A program made the position numbers and the translations under genes. A DNA stretch of 64,000 bases from Anthoceros angustus. Taxonomy: Eukaryota > Plantae > Anthocerotophyta. A model generated the notes under the pieces. That model saw only the letters and a list, made by a program, of their open reading frames with translations, did no database searches and had not been told where the DNA came from. The stretch is from assembly GCA_010909165.1 (NCBI GenBank), contig MU008158.1, positions 2,505,478 to 2,569,477 of the forward strand, written 5' to 3'. Position 1 is the stretch's first letter. The number at the start of each line of letters is the position of its first letter. Below are positions 22,594 through 35,200 of the stretch, in pieces.

Positions 22594-23541
22594 TACACAC
22601 ATACATAATACATGCAGTACATGTGTTTCCGTTGCAACACAATTACAGAGGACATCGAGGGGCGGGGAGCGGGCCACCCTCCCTCCACTTGCTGGCCGGC
22701 CAAGGCTTTTACATGCGTGCAACGAAGCAGCACCTTTTCCCACCTCCAACCAGGTTGATAATGGATTGGACGTTGGAAGACAAAGCTGGCGGGGCCTCTC
22801 TGGTAACATGAGGCCTACGGAATGCAGATGGGTTGCTCCCCAGGCGGCCAGCCTAGCTTGTCTACCCTTGGCCTACCCTTGTTCACGGCAATTGTGCTTT
22901 AGCAGTCGCTGCAGCCTATTCAAGGGCTGCTTATAACAAGTATATAGGATAATGCATAGATCGGGAATATCGATATCGAGCTTACGCCAAGCGCAAGGGC
23001 GCAAGGGGCAATATGTATGTAGGGCTCCTGCACACGTCATATCTGGGTTAGGTACTGGACCTGCGAATTCCTGTTTTGTAACACTCGGGGCAAAAAGCTG
23101 GCCTGGTAACCTGCCCAGCTCCTTCCTTTGTGGCGTGCGCGTGTGCTGAGCTTGTCCCACCATCCGACGTTGTTTCTGTTCTTCAGTCTCAAGAGCGTGT
23201 GTGTGAAACCTTCTAAAATAACTGGGTCGAAGGACGCAAGTCTAGCATGTGCACAGAGGACACTTCCTTCAAAAGGATACTACCTCCTTTAGGCAATTGG
23301 CTGGGAGGGAGGTCTATATAACGAGATAAGGACGCGCTGGGGCTGAGGGGGTGGAGAGTCCAATTAGTTAGCCTGGCTGATTTGGACCGTTTATACCTCG
23401 GTTTAATCGGCTGAAACTTGCACTGTCTTGTGAGACTGTGGTACGTACCACTGAAATCTGGATGGTGTTTGATGTGCTCTGAGTGGATTGCACGCTGATG
23501 TCGGTGTACACGCTGTCGTAGGTGGTCAGAGCTGGGAATCC

Positions 23542-24758
23542 ATGGGCAACCTGTGCTGCTGCGTGCAGGTGGAGCAATCCACCCTTGCCATCAAGGAAAC
23601 CTGGGGGAAATTTGACCAAGTCATAGAACCCGGCTGCCACTGTGTGAATTGGCTTTTTGGCGGGCGTATTGCTGGCCTCCTTTCGGTCAGAGTGCAGCAA
23701 CTGGATGTGCACTGCGAGACTAAGACCAAGGTTTGTGCTCATGTTTTTTTTTAAGTGTTGAATTGGAGTTGATGCTGGAGAAACTGCAGATTTCATCACG
23801 GGGTGGGTATGCAGGATAACGTGTTTGTCACAGTCGTGGCATCGGTGCAGTACAAGGCGATAATGGATCATGCCGAGGAGGCTTTTTACAAGCTTTCAAA
23901 CCCCAAAAAGCAAATCCAGTCATACGTTTTTGATGGTGAGATTACGCAGCAGCCTTTGCCTTTCTCTCCGCAGGTATGGATTCCTTCCCCGATCTTCTGA
24001 CGTGATGATGTCTGTACAGTTGTGAGAGCCTTCGTGCCCAAAATGGACTTGGATGATGTCTTCGAGCAGAAAAATGAAATTGCCAGAGCAGTCGAGGAGG
24101 AGTTGGAGAAGGTGAGTGCCAACTTTGCGAGTTTTCAACAGCATTAGTTAGATGTTGTCATTCTGCGCAGTCCTGCCTGTAACTCATATTCTCCCCTATT
24201 CAGGCTATGACAACCTACGGGTATCAAATCGTTCAGACTCTCATTGTTGACGTGGAACCGGCTGAGACCGTGAAGAAAGCTATGAATGAGATCAATGCAG
24301 GTACTGTGGCCTCTTTCTTTCTGCCTGCTGGTCTTCTTTCTCTGCCAAGCAAGAACTATTTTAACTAACATCTTACCTTATCGTGTGCAGCTTCCAGAAT
24401 GAGGGTCGCAGCTAAAGAGAAGGCTGAAGCCGAGAAGATTCTGCTGGTGAAGAGGGCAGAAGCAGATGCTGAATCCAAGTATCTTTCTGGACTTGGTGTA
24501 GCCAGGCAGAGGCAGGCAATCGTGGACGGTTTGAGGGAGAGCGTCTTGGGCTTCTCCAACAATGTGCCTGGGACGTCAACGAAAGATGTGCTCGATATGG
24601 TTTTGTTGACTCAGTACTTCGACACAATCAAGGATATAGGAGCCTCTTCCAGGAACACAACCGTCTTTGTCCCTCATGGGCCCGGTTCTGTGCGCGATAT
24701 TGCTGATCAGGTTCGTGCTGGAATGTTGCAGGCACAGGCCGGCACTCATAGCGACTAA
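23542..24758 (+). CDS. HIR: Hypersensitive-induced reaction protein (SPFH/Band-7), 288 aa; exons 23542-23730, 23815-23935, 24020-24111, 24204-24300, 24391-24758
   Basis: [13 protein letters not shown]...CETKTKDNVFV...YVFDVVRA...[21 protein letters not shown]...[15 protein letters not shown]...QYFDT. All four introns are GT-AG and the exons sum to 867 nt in frame. Confidence 0.96.
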
Positions 24759-25084
24759 GAACATGCCAAATCTGCCGTCCTGGACAATTTACACTTGAAA
24801 AAGTGACGGCACATATCTAGTTTTGATTGCATGTCAATTTTTTGTTTTGTCCATTTGATTGCATCTGCCCCCTGGCCTGGTGCCCCGTCGTGGGTTGTCC
24901 CCTATCGCCTCGGGGTAGATGGGATTTCCCATCTCGTTCTTTTTATAAAGTCTCCACATTCCCCTTTTTTGTACAATCATTGCACCATTCGTCCAGTCGC
25001 GGAGACGTGGAATATTATTCTTGAATCGAGCATCCCTCTCCGCCCGCCATATATGCAATATCCCGTGCAAGGCTTCTGATTCCC

Positions 25085-28000
25085 TTAGAGCAGCATACTC
25101 CGGGGATCTGAAAGGTTGGCAAGAAGATTCTGCATGAACCGACCTGATCGACCACGTAGTCGGACGTTAGGAACATTGCGTACCTCACAACTCTTTCAAC
25201 AATGCATGCAATTCTCACCTGCAATGTCGGCGTCAAGAACTCGATTATCTGCTGAGATGGTCAAGGATATCCTGGTTACAGATGTAGGCTGCCCAAACCC
25301 TGCCAGAACGCAGACGCAGATTTCAACAGAAAATGACAGGCACTGACAAACAAGCTGCGGGACGGGCCATACCAGGAGAGACTTCATCCCAAATAACAGT
25401 TCGTTCACCTTTCCCCACTGCAAGTATGCAAGCCTGCACGAACATACTTGTCATCTACCCCAAACTGGTCAACTTGAGAGCTAAGATCATAAAAGAATGG
25501 AAGTAGAGATTGAGCAAACATCAAGCGGAATATCATTCAAGAACCTGAGGAGGATTGATAATTGCACAAAATTGATCAACAGGATACATTCCCAGATTCG
25601 AAATGCTGCAAGAGAAAGAGTGGACCACAATGAAGAGCTTCTAGCGCCACACTAAGAGCCCGACTCAACTTAGCGACGCAAGAGTGGGGAACATTCCTAC
25701 TAGGCAAGCATACTTCATTTTATTGCCTTCATATGAACAGAAACAAGATCTGCCAAAAACCAACCTGAAGGTGCCACCTTGAAACTCATGGGGTGCTAGC
25801 TTGCCATTCCTAGCCTTCTCTGCTAAGGCTTTCACCTGCTCAAGTTGTCAAGCGACCTGACGCCTATGGCATTGAATTTATCGGTGAATGCACGCACAAT
25901 CATCGCAGTAAAGGAAAGTACCTCAGACGAAATGAGGGACAAGGATTTCTGGTCAGCGTGTCTCACAACAGGGGTAAAAAGACCCTACACAGGCAGCAAA
26001 AATGGCACATGGGTAAATTCCAGAGAACACACAGCAACAGTGTTACAACCCGAAGACAGCACAAGGAACCAAAAAGCCCGCCTTTCTTCCGCACCTTATC
26101 CGTAGCGACAGCAATAGCAATGTCGATGGAAGTATTGACCACCGCTTCTCTAGCATTTTCATCCCAGAACGCTTCAGAAAGCACGGAATTGCTTTACTTA
26201 GAATTACATTACCACAACAGCACAATCAACTCAGATGCCAATCAACATGTACAGAACAATGAACAGAGCTCATACAAGCCTCGTACCATTTGCCTCTGGA
26301 ATAGCCTTCAGAGCAAGTGCTGCAGCCCTGATCACAAAATCATTCACTGAAAGCTTTACTCCATGTTCATCTGCATCTCAGCACCTGAGTTAGACGGATC
26401 ATAACACTTTATCCTGGTTATCCATCCAGATTGAGTGTAGCACGGCAAGATCAATGGGAGCATTATAACTTGCAGGATGGAGCAAGCTGGTGTAGTAGCC
26501 AACATGTTTCTTACCCAGAAGCTTTTTGCGGATGGCCAAAGTGGGATCAAGCACTGCATCTGGCAAACATAAAGGATCCAGGATTAGGCATTTATTCTCA
26601 AGTGCAGTTACAGCAGTCAATTTACTACACACTCAGAGTAACCTGAGAATGTATAGTCTAAAACACGGCATTCTCAGGACAAAGAACAACCGCCAAAGAA
26701 GTTGCTTCACAGAGTAACAATAAGTAAGAAGTTGCTTCTTAATAAATGCAACCACTGTCTATGAACATTGCACATCCCACATATAAGAAGTGGTCCAAGA
26801 ATTACCAGCACTTAGGTACAGATGGGGAATGCTAGTTTTTGACTCCAATAGTCTTTTTGCTATAATCTGATAAGCCATCACGCATGCTAGTGAGGGACAA
26901 CTTGTGACAATTGGCGAGGAATATCAATCCAGCAAATGGCGAGGAATATCAATCCAGCAAATAATTCATGGCAGTGCACCTTTCGGATCTGACTTGTGGC
27001 AACATTGTCAAATGCGACTTCTGCAGCAGGTGCTGGTGGCCTGGACGTAGGAGGACCATGTGCACTCCCCGCCAATTTGGGAGCTCCCACATTTACACCA
27101 CCTTTCATGGCTGCCAGAATATCACCTTTCACAAGAATTCCGCGAGGACCTGTCCCTCTAAGTTTCGACTGGCTCAACCCACTTTCAGCCAGAAGGCGTC
27201 TGACAGATGGGCCAACTCTGTCAACTGGGGAACCAACTCTCTCAACTGAGGAAGAGGTACTTGGCAAGCTTTTGCCTTTGTCTGCCTGGGGACGCTGTGG
27301 AGGTGGAGCTTGAGGGGATGCATTCACCACACTACCATCTCGGAATTGGCTAACATCCTGAGCATTCTCCACCTGTATGCAGCAAGGCACACAGCCACTG
27401 TAATGCTCCATGAAACACTAAGTTTGGATCACAGTGAGCCATACTTACAACAATACAAAGAGGCTTCCCCACTGGTACATCCTTCGAGCCTGCAGGCACC
27501 AGTATCTTGGCCAGAAACCTGGAACATCAAATACTTCATTAATAAGCAGACCGAAATCACCAAACTTGTTGTCTATAATGCAGCAACATCGAGCTTAAGG
27601 GACCTACGGCAGCACATAAAGAGATACCAGGTGAAATATAATAGAATGCTACCATCCAGACAGACAAGGGCTGTAGGAATGTACCCTTCCTCGAGGGATT
27701 CGAAGTCCAAGGTAGCCTTGTCCGTTTCTATCTCACACAGAACATCGCCAGCTCTAAGCTGTGCAGCAAACAGAAGATGGTAATCTTGATAGCAAGAAAT
27801 ATTACCCCTCGTACAGACACCATATAAAAAGCTAGGAAGCAAGTAATGGGTATTCAAGTACCTCATCTCCTTCTTTCTTCTTCCATTTGCCCACATTGCC
27901 TTGGCTCTATTGTAATCAGAAGCAAACAGCGTACAATGAGCAGCAAATAATCTGATCGGACAAAAGCTGGGATGGCCCGGGCTGATCTGAGCTGAGCACA

Positions 28001-28506
28001 CATCAGAAAGCAGAAAACACCAATTCCTATCCAGTCAATTCGGCCATACCATGGTGGGAGACAAGGCAGGCATTGAGAGAACTTGGTGAGGAGGTGGACC
28101 TGCACCAGAAACAAGAGTGGATGAGCACCGTGGTACCAAGCAGCTGCAGAAAGACAGAAACCAGACGGGGGAGCAGAACGTACTGGCGGAAGAAACATTC
28201 CGTGCAGACCACGCGAACTGGGACGAAGAAAGTGGAAGTGAGGCAGGAGGCAAGAGGGATGCAATGGACTGAGAGTGGTGTGGAGAAGCGCGTACCACAG
28301 CCCTGCGGAGGAGGTGCTGCTGGAGGTCCGAAGACCAGTCAGAGGAAGCCAACTTTGAGGAGCACCTGGACAGTAGACGGCCTGAAGTCAGCAGATCAAG
28401 TGACACCACGTCAGCTACCGGAAGAAAAGCAGCAGGGAGCAAACCTGGAAGAGCGGGCGAAAAGAGATGGCAGGCTACTGCGCACGCGGCGCAGGGCCAC
28501 AGCCAT
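25085..28506 (-). CDS. LTA3: Mitochondrial pyruvate dehydrogenase E2-family protein (LTA3/mtE2-1 clade), single lipoyl domain, catalytic motif degenerate (E3BP-like); ~18 exons
   Basis: Arg/Ser-rich presequence ([20 protein letters not shown]). Lipoyl domain [50 protein letters not shown]. Binding domain VGPSVRRLL...[14 protein letters not shown]. Core domain [88 protein letters not shown]...MLL*. Introns are GT-AG. The first three exon boundaries are less certain. Confidence 0.93.
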
Positions 28507-29393
28507 GGCGACGACGTCCAGACTCTGGGAAGCTTGCGGCTATGTTAATATTCTAATTACCACATAATATGGAGATGAGTATGAAGAAGATCAGAAGGGA
28601 TCATGTTCAAAACACGATTTAGAACATGAGCGAGAGGTCAAGGAATGCTACTCTTGCACTATTTCCGTCCCGCAATGCGTGTAAGTGGAAGCAAGTGGCG
28701 AGCCCTGTGCAGCTGGTTGCTGTGGGCGTGGAGAGAGGGTCCTTGTGCCCCTACGTCCAACTCCATAGGGCCGAGCCGCATAGTTGTCACCCCCGCTGGC
28801 CTGCCATGCTGAAATAGAGGTATTGGTCTGGTCGGACACGTTCTTGTGCAACCAATCTGCGAACGTTCATCTTCTTCTCCTGTCAGGTTGCAAGCAGCCT
28901 TAGCTTCGTTTGAACACTTTTTAGCACACATGGAGCAACATCTGCTTCCTCTTGTGCTATTCACTTTACTGATGGAAATGCACAGGGTTTTCGGGATTCC
29001 GGGAAAATTATGCGGCTCGACCTTATGGTTGGGTACCTTTAAAACCGGGTGTCGCTTTGAATTACATAAATTGCAAACCTAACTTGGGTCGGGTGCCGAC
29101 TCCAAGGTGTGTACTTCATACCATGCACGAGTAAGTTAAATTATTATTGGTTCGGCCCTGCTGGAGGGCATAACGCTTGCATCACTACCAACTTTTGGGG
29201 GCAAACTATAGCGTTGTTTTTTTGGGTGCGCGAATACGTAGTTAGTCTAAGCTCCATAGGCTGTTGTGTGGGAACGTGTAGTTTTTTTGTTTCTTCAATT
29301 TTGTATCTTTGTCGGTGATTTTCTTGGAGATTAGAAAATTGAGTTCCCAAGATAGTAGGGCAGTGGCGGCCCGTGTTTTACATGAGGGTAATG

Positions 29394-31200
29394 TGCTGAA
29401 GCAGAGACGTGAAGTTTCAAGCAAGCTCAGCTGAAGCACATAGGTGAAGTTTCAAGCAAGCTTAGCTGAAGCAGAAACGCGAAGTTTCAAGCAAGCTCAG
29501 TTGCAAGCAAAAGGCTAGCTAGGGTATGCACGCATCTTTTGCTTTGCTCAAACGGAACAGGTGAAATTCGGATGGAACGGAATATCGTAGGTGGCATTCT
29601 TAGCTATTTTCCAGCATAGATAATTATCATGAAAATTAATTATTGGAATTCAATTGATTAGACAGATCTTTCCAGTCCATGAAGTTTGCTATGTGGTGCA
29701 ACAACCCATCTCCATCTAAAGCAAGTACATGAAGTTTTAAGCAAGTTCAGCCGCAAGCAAGAGGCTAGCTAGGGTACCTACATCATTTCTGCTTTCCTCA
29801 GCTTTACGAAGTAAGTGAAATCTGGATGGAACAGAATGGCATATGATGCCACCCCCGATACTTATGAAGTTTGATTATTATGAAGTTTGTTAACTTCGAA
29901 AGAGGTAGGTTGCTATTTTTTGATACAGCCTTTAATTTGGTGGTTAGTAGGGACGGCACTAGGTCGAGATTTTAAGCACATCGAAGAAGGGGATGGAGGT
30001 TAAGTATTGTGGAGTGGTAGAGGTTTGGATACTATGTGATGTTGTGGAGCTTGTGAGGCAATTTTGAAGTTTGTAGGGCAGAGCGTGTTGTGGGTGTTTG
30101 CCTTCAATGTTTGTTTTCCATTCCGGGTATTGAAACCGTGGGGATGTATTATTGGCGCGCATTTTTGTGTGTTATGGCATGACAGAGGTGTGGATACTAT
30201 GTGATGTTGTGGAGCTTGTGGGGCAGTTTTGAAGTTTCTTGGGCGGAGCATGTTGTGGGTGCTTGACTTTCCAAGTATTGAAAGCGTGTGGACGTTTTGT
30301 CAGCGGCACGTGAAGTATATTGGACCCATGTGGAAATCCTGTCAGCGGTGCGTGAAGTGTGTCGGACCCGTGTGGACATCCTGTTAGCGGCACGTGAAGT
30401 GTGTTGGACCGGTAAAGGAATTGTGATAGGCAAGGCAAGGAATCAGGCTCAAGCTATGTTCTCATTGTTGTAGCTATAGCTGTAACTGTGACTTGTATAT
30501 TGTGGCAGAGAGAGGAGGAGTGTATACTCCGTGGGTTCACAGATATACCTAACCGTGGATACTATTATGGATATCTACGATGTGTGATAAAGACTATGTT
30601 CATATATATCGTGTGATAAGTACTATAGAGATATGTTGTGAATATATTCTGTGAAAAAAATTGTGAATACAACTGTGGCATATACCGTGCCTCCATCGTG
30701 GTTTCCTAACTTCGAGGATTTATGCAGGAAAACTGTGACGTTGTAGATCTTTTTAGGCAGTTTTGAAGTTTCTGGGACGAAGTGTATTGAAACCGTATGG
30801 ACATTCTGTCGGCGCGTGAAGTCTGTTGGAGCGGCAAAGGAATGATTGTGATAGACAAGGGATCAAGCTGAAGCTATGTTTTCAGTGTTGTGGCTGTAGC
30901 TGTAACTGTGACTCATATACGGTGGCAAAAAGGGAAGGATCGTGGCTTCAAGAATACATTGAACCATGGATACTTCTATGGATATCATCTATGTGTGATA
31001 AAGGCTGTGTTCATATAAACCGTATGATAAATACTATGGACATGTGTTGTGGATATATGCTATACCGTATCATAAATACTATGGACATGTGTTGTGAATA
31101 CAACTGTGACGTATATTGTGTGGCTCCATCGTGGTTTCTTAAATTCAAAGATAAATTTGTACAAGAAAATTGGCCCTATCATGGTTTCTTAACTTCAAGG
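29394..31200. repeat. Composite degenerate repeat block (probable decayed TE)
   Basis: A ~35-bp unit (GCTGAAGCA...GAAGTTTCAAGCAAGCTCA) x3 at 29394-29508 and a 42-bp unit x3 at 30286-30411. Older diverged duplications lie at ~30025/30190 and ~30400-30720/30820-31150. Confidence 0.7.
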
Positions 31201-32263
31201 CTTCATATACTGCTTCTCTAAGACATGGTTTCTTGAGTTGAAGGATTTGTGGAGGAAAATGTGTGTAGCTCGTGACTTTGTAGGCTCCATATTTTGTGGC
31301 TGGAAACGTAGTTTCTTGACTTCAGAGGTGAGGTGAGGTGCTTGTAACTTTGTAGGCCGTGGCTACAACATGACTTCTTGACTGCACCTACAATGTCGTC
31401 TGCGGGAAGAGTAAACGGACTACAAACTACGGAGGACGAGGAGGATGTGTCACTTGTTGTCGCCGCTTTGTGGATGATCACTGTGGAGAGGGCACGTTGA
31501 AGAGCAATTGAGACCCGCTGTTTGAAGAACGTCTTGAAGTAGGAAAAGGATACATCGCGTCTGTGGGCATGATAAGGCTTGACTTGAGAAATGTATCGAA
31601 GTCCTTAGCCAATGCCCCATACGTTTCAAGGGCAAGCGAAATGAATTAGTGGCCCGCTTGCATCTTGCTATAATTAAGCTTTGTACACCGGTCTACGCTC
31701 CCCTTCCCTGAAATTTGGGTGGCCGCCATAATCTTCGCCCGGAGATGAGACACGGATGATCACTGCAGTAGGGAAACCTCCCTCCCCGCAGAATCCATGA
31801 GAATTAAAGGTATTGTGACAGGCCAAGCCGATATAAGTCGCTGTTGATAAATAATTATATTAGTTATGGTTCATTGTTATATACCAACGGTTAGTTACTT
31901 TAGCAAACCCTAATGACAGTTATTCACAATTGTAACCGTTCATGGGACTTGGACTCTATATCCTTGTTCCCCCTTAGTTGTAAAGTATTCCTTTTGTGAG
32001 TTCAGCCGAACGTGTGATCTGCCGCTCTAATTTCCACAAACGTATTATGGTATCAGAGCCATGCGTGGCCTGTACCTTGAATGTCTCTGTTCATCTATAG
32101 CCATTTGTCGATCCTAAGTGATGGGAGTTCTCACACATAGAGCATCTCTGAAACCCTAGTCTCTAAAGCAAGGATGCCTCGAAAGAATACTCTCAGGCAA
32201 TCCTGGCCAGAATTTGAGAGGAGAAAATTCATACAATCAGCACAGACTGAATTTGAAAAGAAG

Positions 32264-35200
32264 TGTCAGGTTTTCTAGAGCGGAGAGCATGAGAAAAGAA
32301 ACTTGGCAAAAGATATATCATTTAGCAATCAACAAAGTGTTTAAATACATAAAGACTAAGTGACTGTTCATATTAGGGCTAGATAACTTAAATATACTAA
32401 ACCCTAGTGTCGTGGTTATATGAACCTTGTAACCAGGTATCCCAACACACCCCCTTAACCACGGCACGCTAACTGCGACAAATCCAGAAAGATGACGGGC
32501 ACGCTCCACTTCGTGCTCGGGCCCACGGCTAGAATCGATGTTCCTCCTCACGGCATGTTCGAGGAACTGCTAAGATGGACGAAGTAAGCCGCAGGCAAGA
32601 GGAGCCGACGCACTACCGGAGAGACATTACGACACAAAGAAGGAATACCCGCGTAATGGAGAATCGGGTCGCTACTGCCCGACCATCACGCTACCAGAAG
32701 GGCCAACTCCAGCAGCAAAGGCGATCAAGAAGAGAGCTCAGCTGGAGGCGAGACTGGCATCAGCAGCAGGAATTCCATTACCAGAATAGCAGCAGGAGAC
32801 TGCGATTAGATGTTGGCACTGTAGCTTCATCCGCGGAACACCTGGTGTTAATCACTGCGAGCTATCATAGACCGACCTCCTGCTGAAGAAGAGGAAGCGT
32901 CCATGCTAAGGTAGTCTACAAGCCCCATCTGCTCTAGGAGAAATACGTGCTTAGGCATAGGTAGAGTCTTTTGAGCACATCAGCTGTGTTGAGATCTGTT
33001 GGAACATACTCAATGCTGACTATCCTTCTTTCCACTGAGTGCCACACGAAATGATGCTGAATTTCTATGTGCTTCGTGCGTGCGTGGAATCGAGGATTAC
33101 CCACAAGTGCAATCGTGGATTGATTGTCACAGAAAACTGTTGTGGGTTGTGGTTGAGGAAACATGAGTCCGGCTAGGAAACTGCGTTCCCACTCGGCCCT
33201 TGGCAAGACGGAGCGCTTTTATATTCCCCGCCTCGGAGGATGAGCCACGTGTTCGCTTCAAGCTCGCTTTTACCACGGCATCCGATAAGAAAAAAAGATG
33301 TGATAAACCCCACGCTGCCCCGGATCACCGCCGATGCATCGGCATACCCAACTAAAGTGAAGTCTGACCGCACAAGACCTCCGGGTCGTAGGTTGATGTT
33401 CCTCTAAGATATCTAAGAACACGTTTAGCTGCACCCCAGTGTTCCTTACCAGGCTTTTCCAAGAACTGTGACACAGAACTCACCGCATGCTGGATGTCAG
33501 GACCTGTCCAGCAAGCGATCTAATTCAAGCATCCAACGGCGTGCCTATATGGAACATCGGACATAGCCTGACGTTCATCATCATCCTTCGGACATTGCTC
33601 AGAGGTAAGCTTAAAACCTACAACCCCTGGTGTGCTAACTGGTCTTGCACTGTCCAGATTGAAACGCCGCAAAGTCTCATTAATATACTTGGTTTGATGC
33701 AGAACCAGAGTCCTGTTAGCCCGATCCCGAAGTAGCTGAACTCCCAGCACGAACATGAGGGGCCCTATGTCCTTCATGTCATACTGCTTATGCAACATCT
33801 GCTTAACCCAGTCCAGGAGCTCTCTACTGTCAGAAGCTAAGATGGCATCGTCCACGTACAAGGCTAAAATGACCATGTGGCCATCCCGTGAGTAAATGTA
33901 GACATTTGCACCGGCAGGGTTCTGAACAAAGCCAATGGACTTAAGGTAAGCATCTATTGTTTTATACCATTCGCGGGCACTCTGCTTGAGCCCGTATATA
34001 GTCTTCTTTAACCTACAAACCCATGTGGGGTGCTCAAGGTCGATGAAGCCTTCGGGCTGTTCCATAAATATGTCCTCCTCAAGCTCGCCATACAAGAATG
34101 CAGTAGAGACGTCCATCTGCTTGAGATCCCAGTCTCGTGCTGCAGCTAGGGCAAGAATCATTCTAATGGACTGTGTTTTTACTACAGGACTGAAGGTCTC
34201 AGTATAATCTACTCCAGCAACCTGTGAGAAACCACGTGCTATAAGCCTAGACTTGTACCTGGCTATCTGACTTATGCTTGAAGACCCACTTACAACTTAT
34301 TGCCTTCCGTCCAGCAGGTAAGGGGCAGAGTTCCCAAGTCTCATTTTTTATAAGTGAATTGTATTCGTCTTAGATAGAGGGGATCTAGTGATCCTTGTCC
34401 TTGCCAGCAATGGCTTCCTTATAAGACTTGGGCGCTGCAGGATGGTCTGTGGTGGAAGAATAAGCTGCAGGTGAATTGGCTATCATGCGAGAAGACCTAG
34501 GATTTCTGAAATCTATCGACTCATATGGTTTCTCATGCCATTGATCCCTAGGGTTACGGGTTCTATTGGGATATCTGCGCTCCTCAGGGGCAGGAGCAGG
34601 TGCTAGGGAGCCTGCATCATTAGAAGAAGGTAAGTCCTGGACATCATCACCATCATCTGAAGATGCAGTCAGTTCAAAAGTATCATGTGCTTCTGCAACT
34701 AAAGGAATCCCTTCACCACGCTCGGCCTGTGCTGCAGAAGATTCACCGTCATCATCAAAAGGCGTGAGAGGCAAACAGTGACTTGAACGGGTCATGTGCT
34801 CGAACTCCCGAATCAACAACAAGTGCAGGAGGAAGCATGGAGGACAAACCACCCCCTGAACCACAGGCAGCAGCAGGTGAAACACCCCCTGAAGGAGCTG
34901 GAACCAGAAACAAGTCTTGGGGAAACTCAGAAATATTAATGTCGAGGTCATCGTCGGGAAGCTCAGAAGTAGCAGGAGTGTCAGCAAAGTGAGAAGCTGT
35001 GTCGAACGAGTTCCTTAAAGGTCACACTTCTGGCAAAAATACAAGAGCGAGAAGAGGGATCATACAACTTGTAAGCCTTCGTCTCCTCTCCATACCCAAC
35101 GAAAATAAGTGGCTTGGCCCTGTCCTCTAACTTCTTACGTTGTTCTGCAGGTACATAAGCATACGCAGGGGAACCGAATACGCGTAAATGAAGCAAGCTG

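Noticed and set aside
31393-31640. Possible PIF/Harbinger transposase N-terminal relic (EDEEDVSLVVAAL...RKRIHR)
   Set aside because: Too short and stop-ridden, and no TIRs, TSD or catalytic motifs were found.
32048-32060. tRNA-like sequence TGGTATCAGAGCC
   Set aside because: It is a primer-binding site complementary to the tRNA-iMet 3' end, not a tRNA gene.
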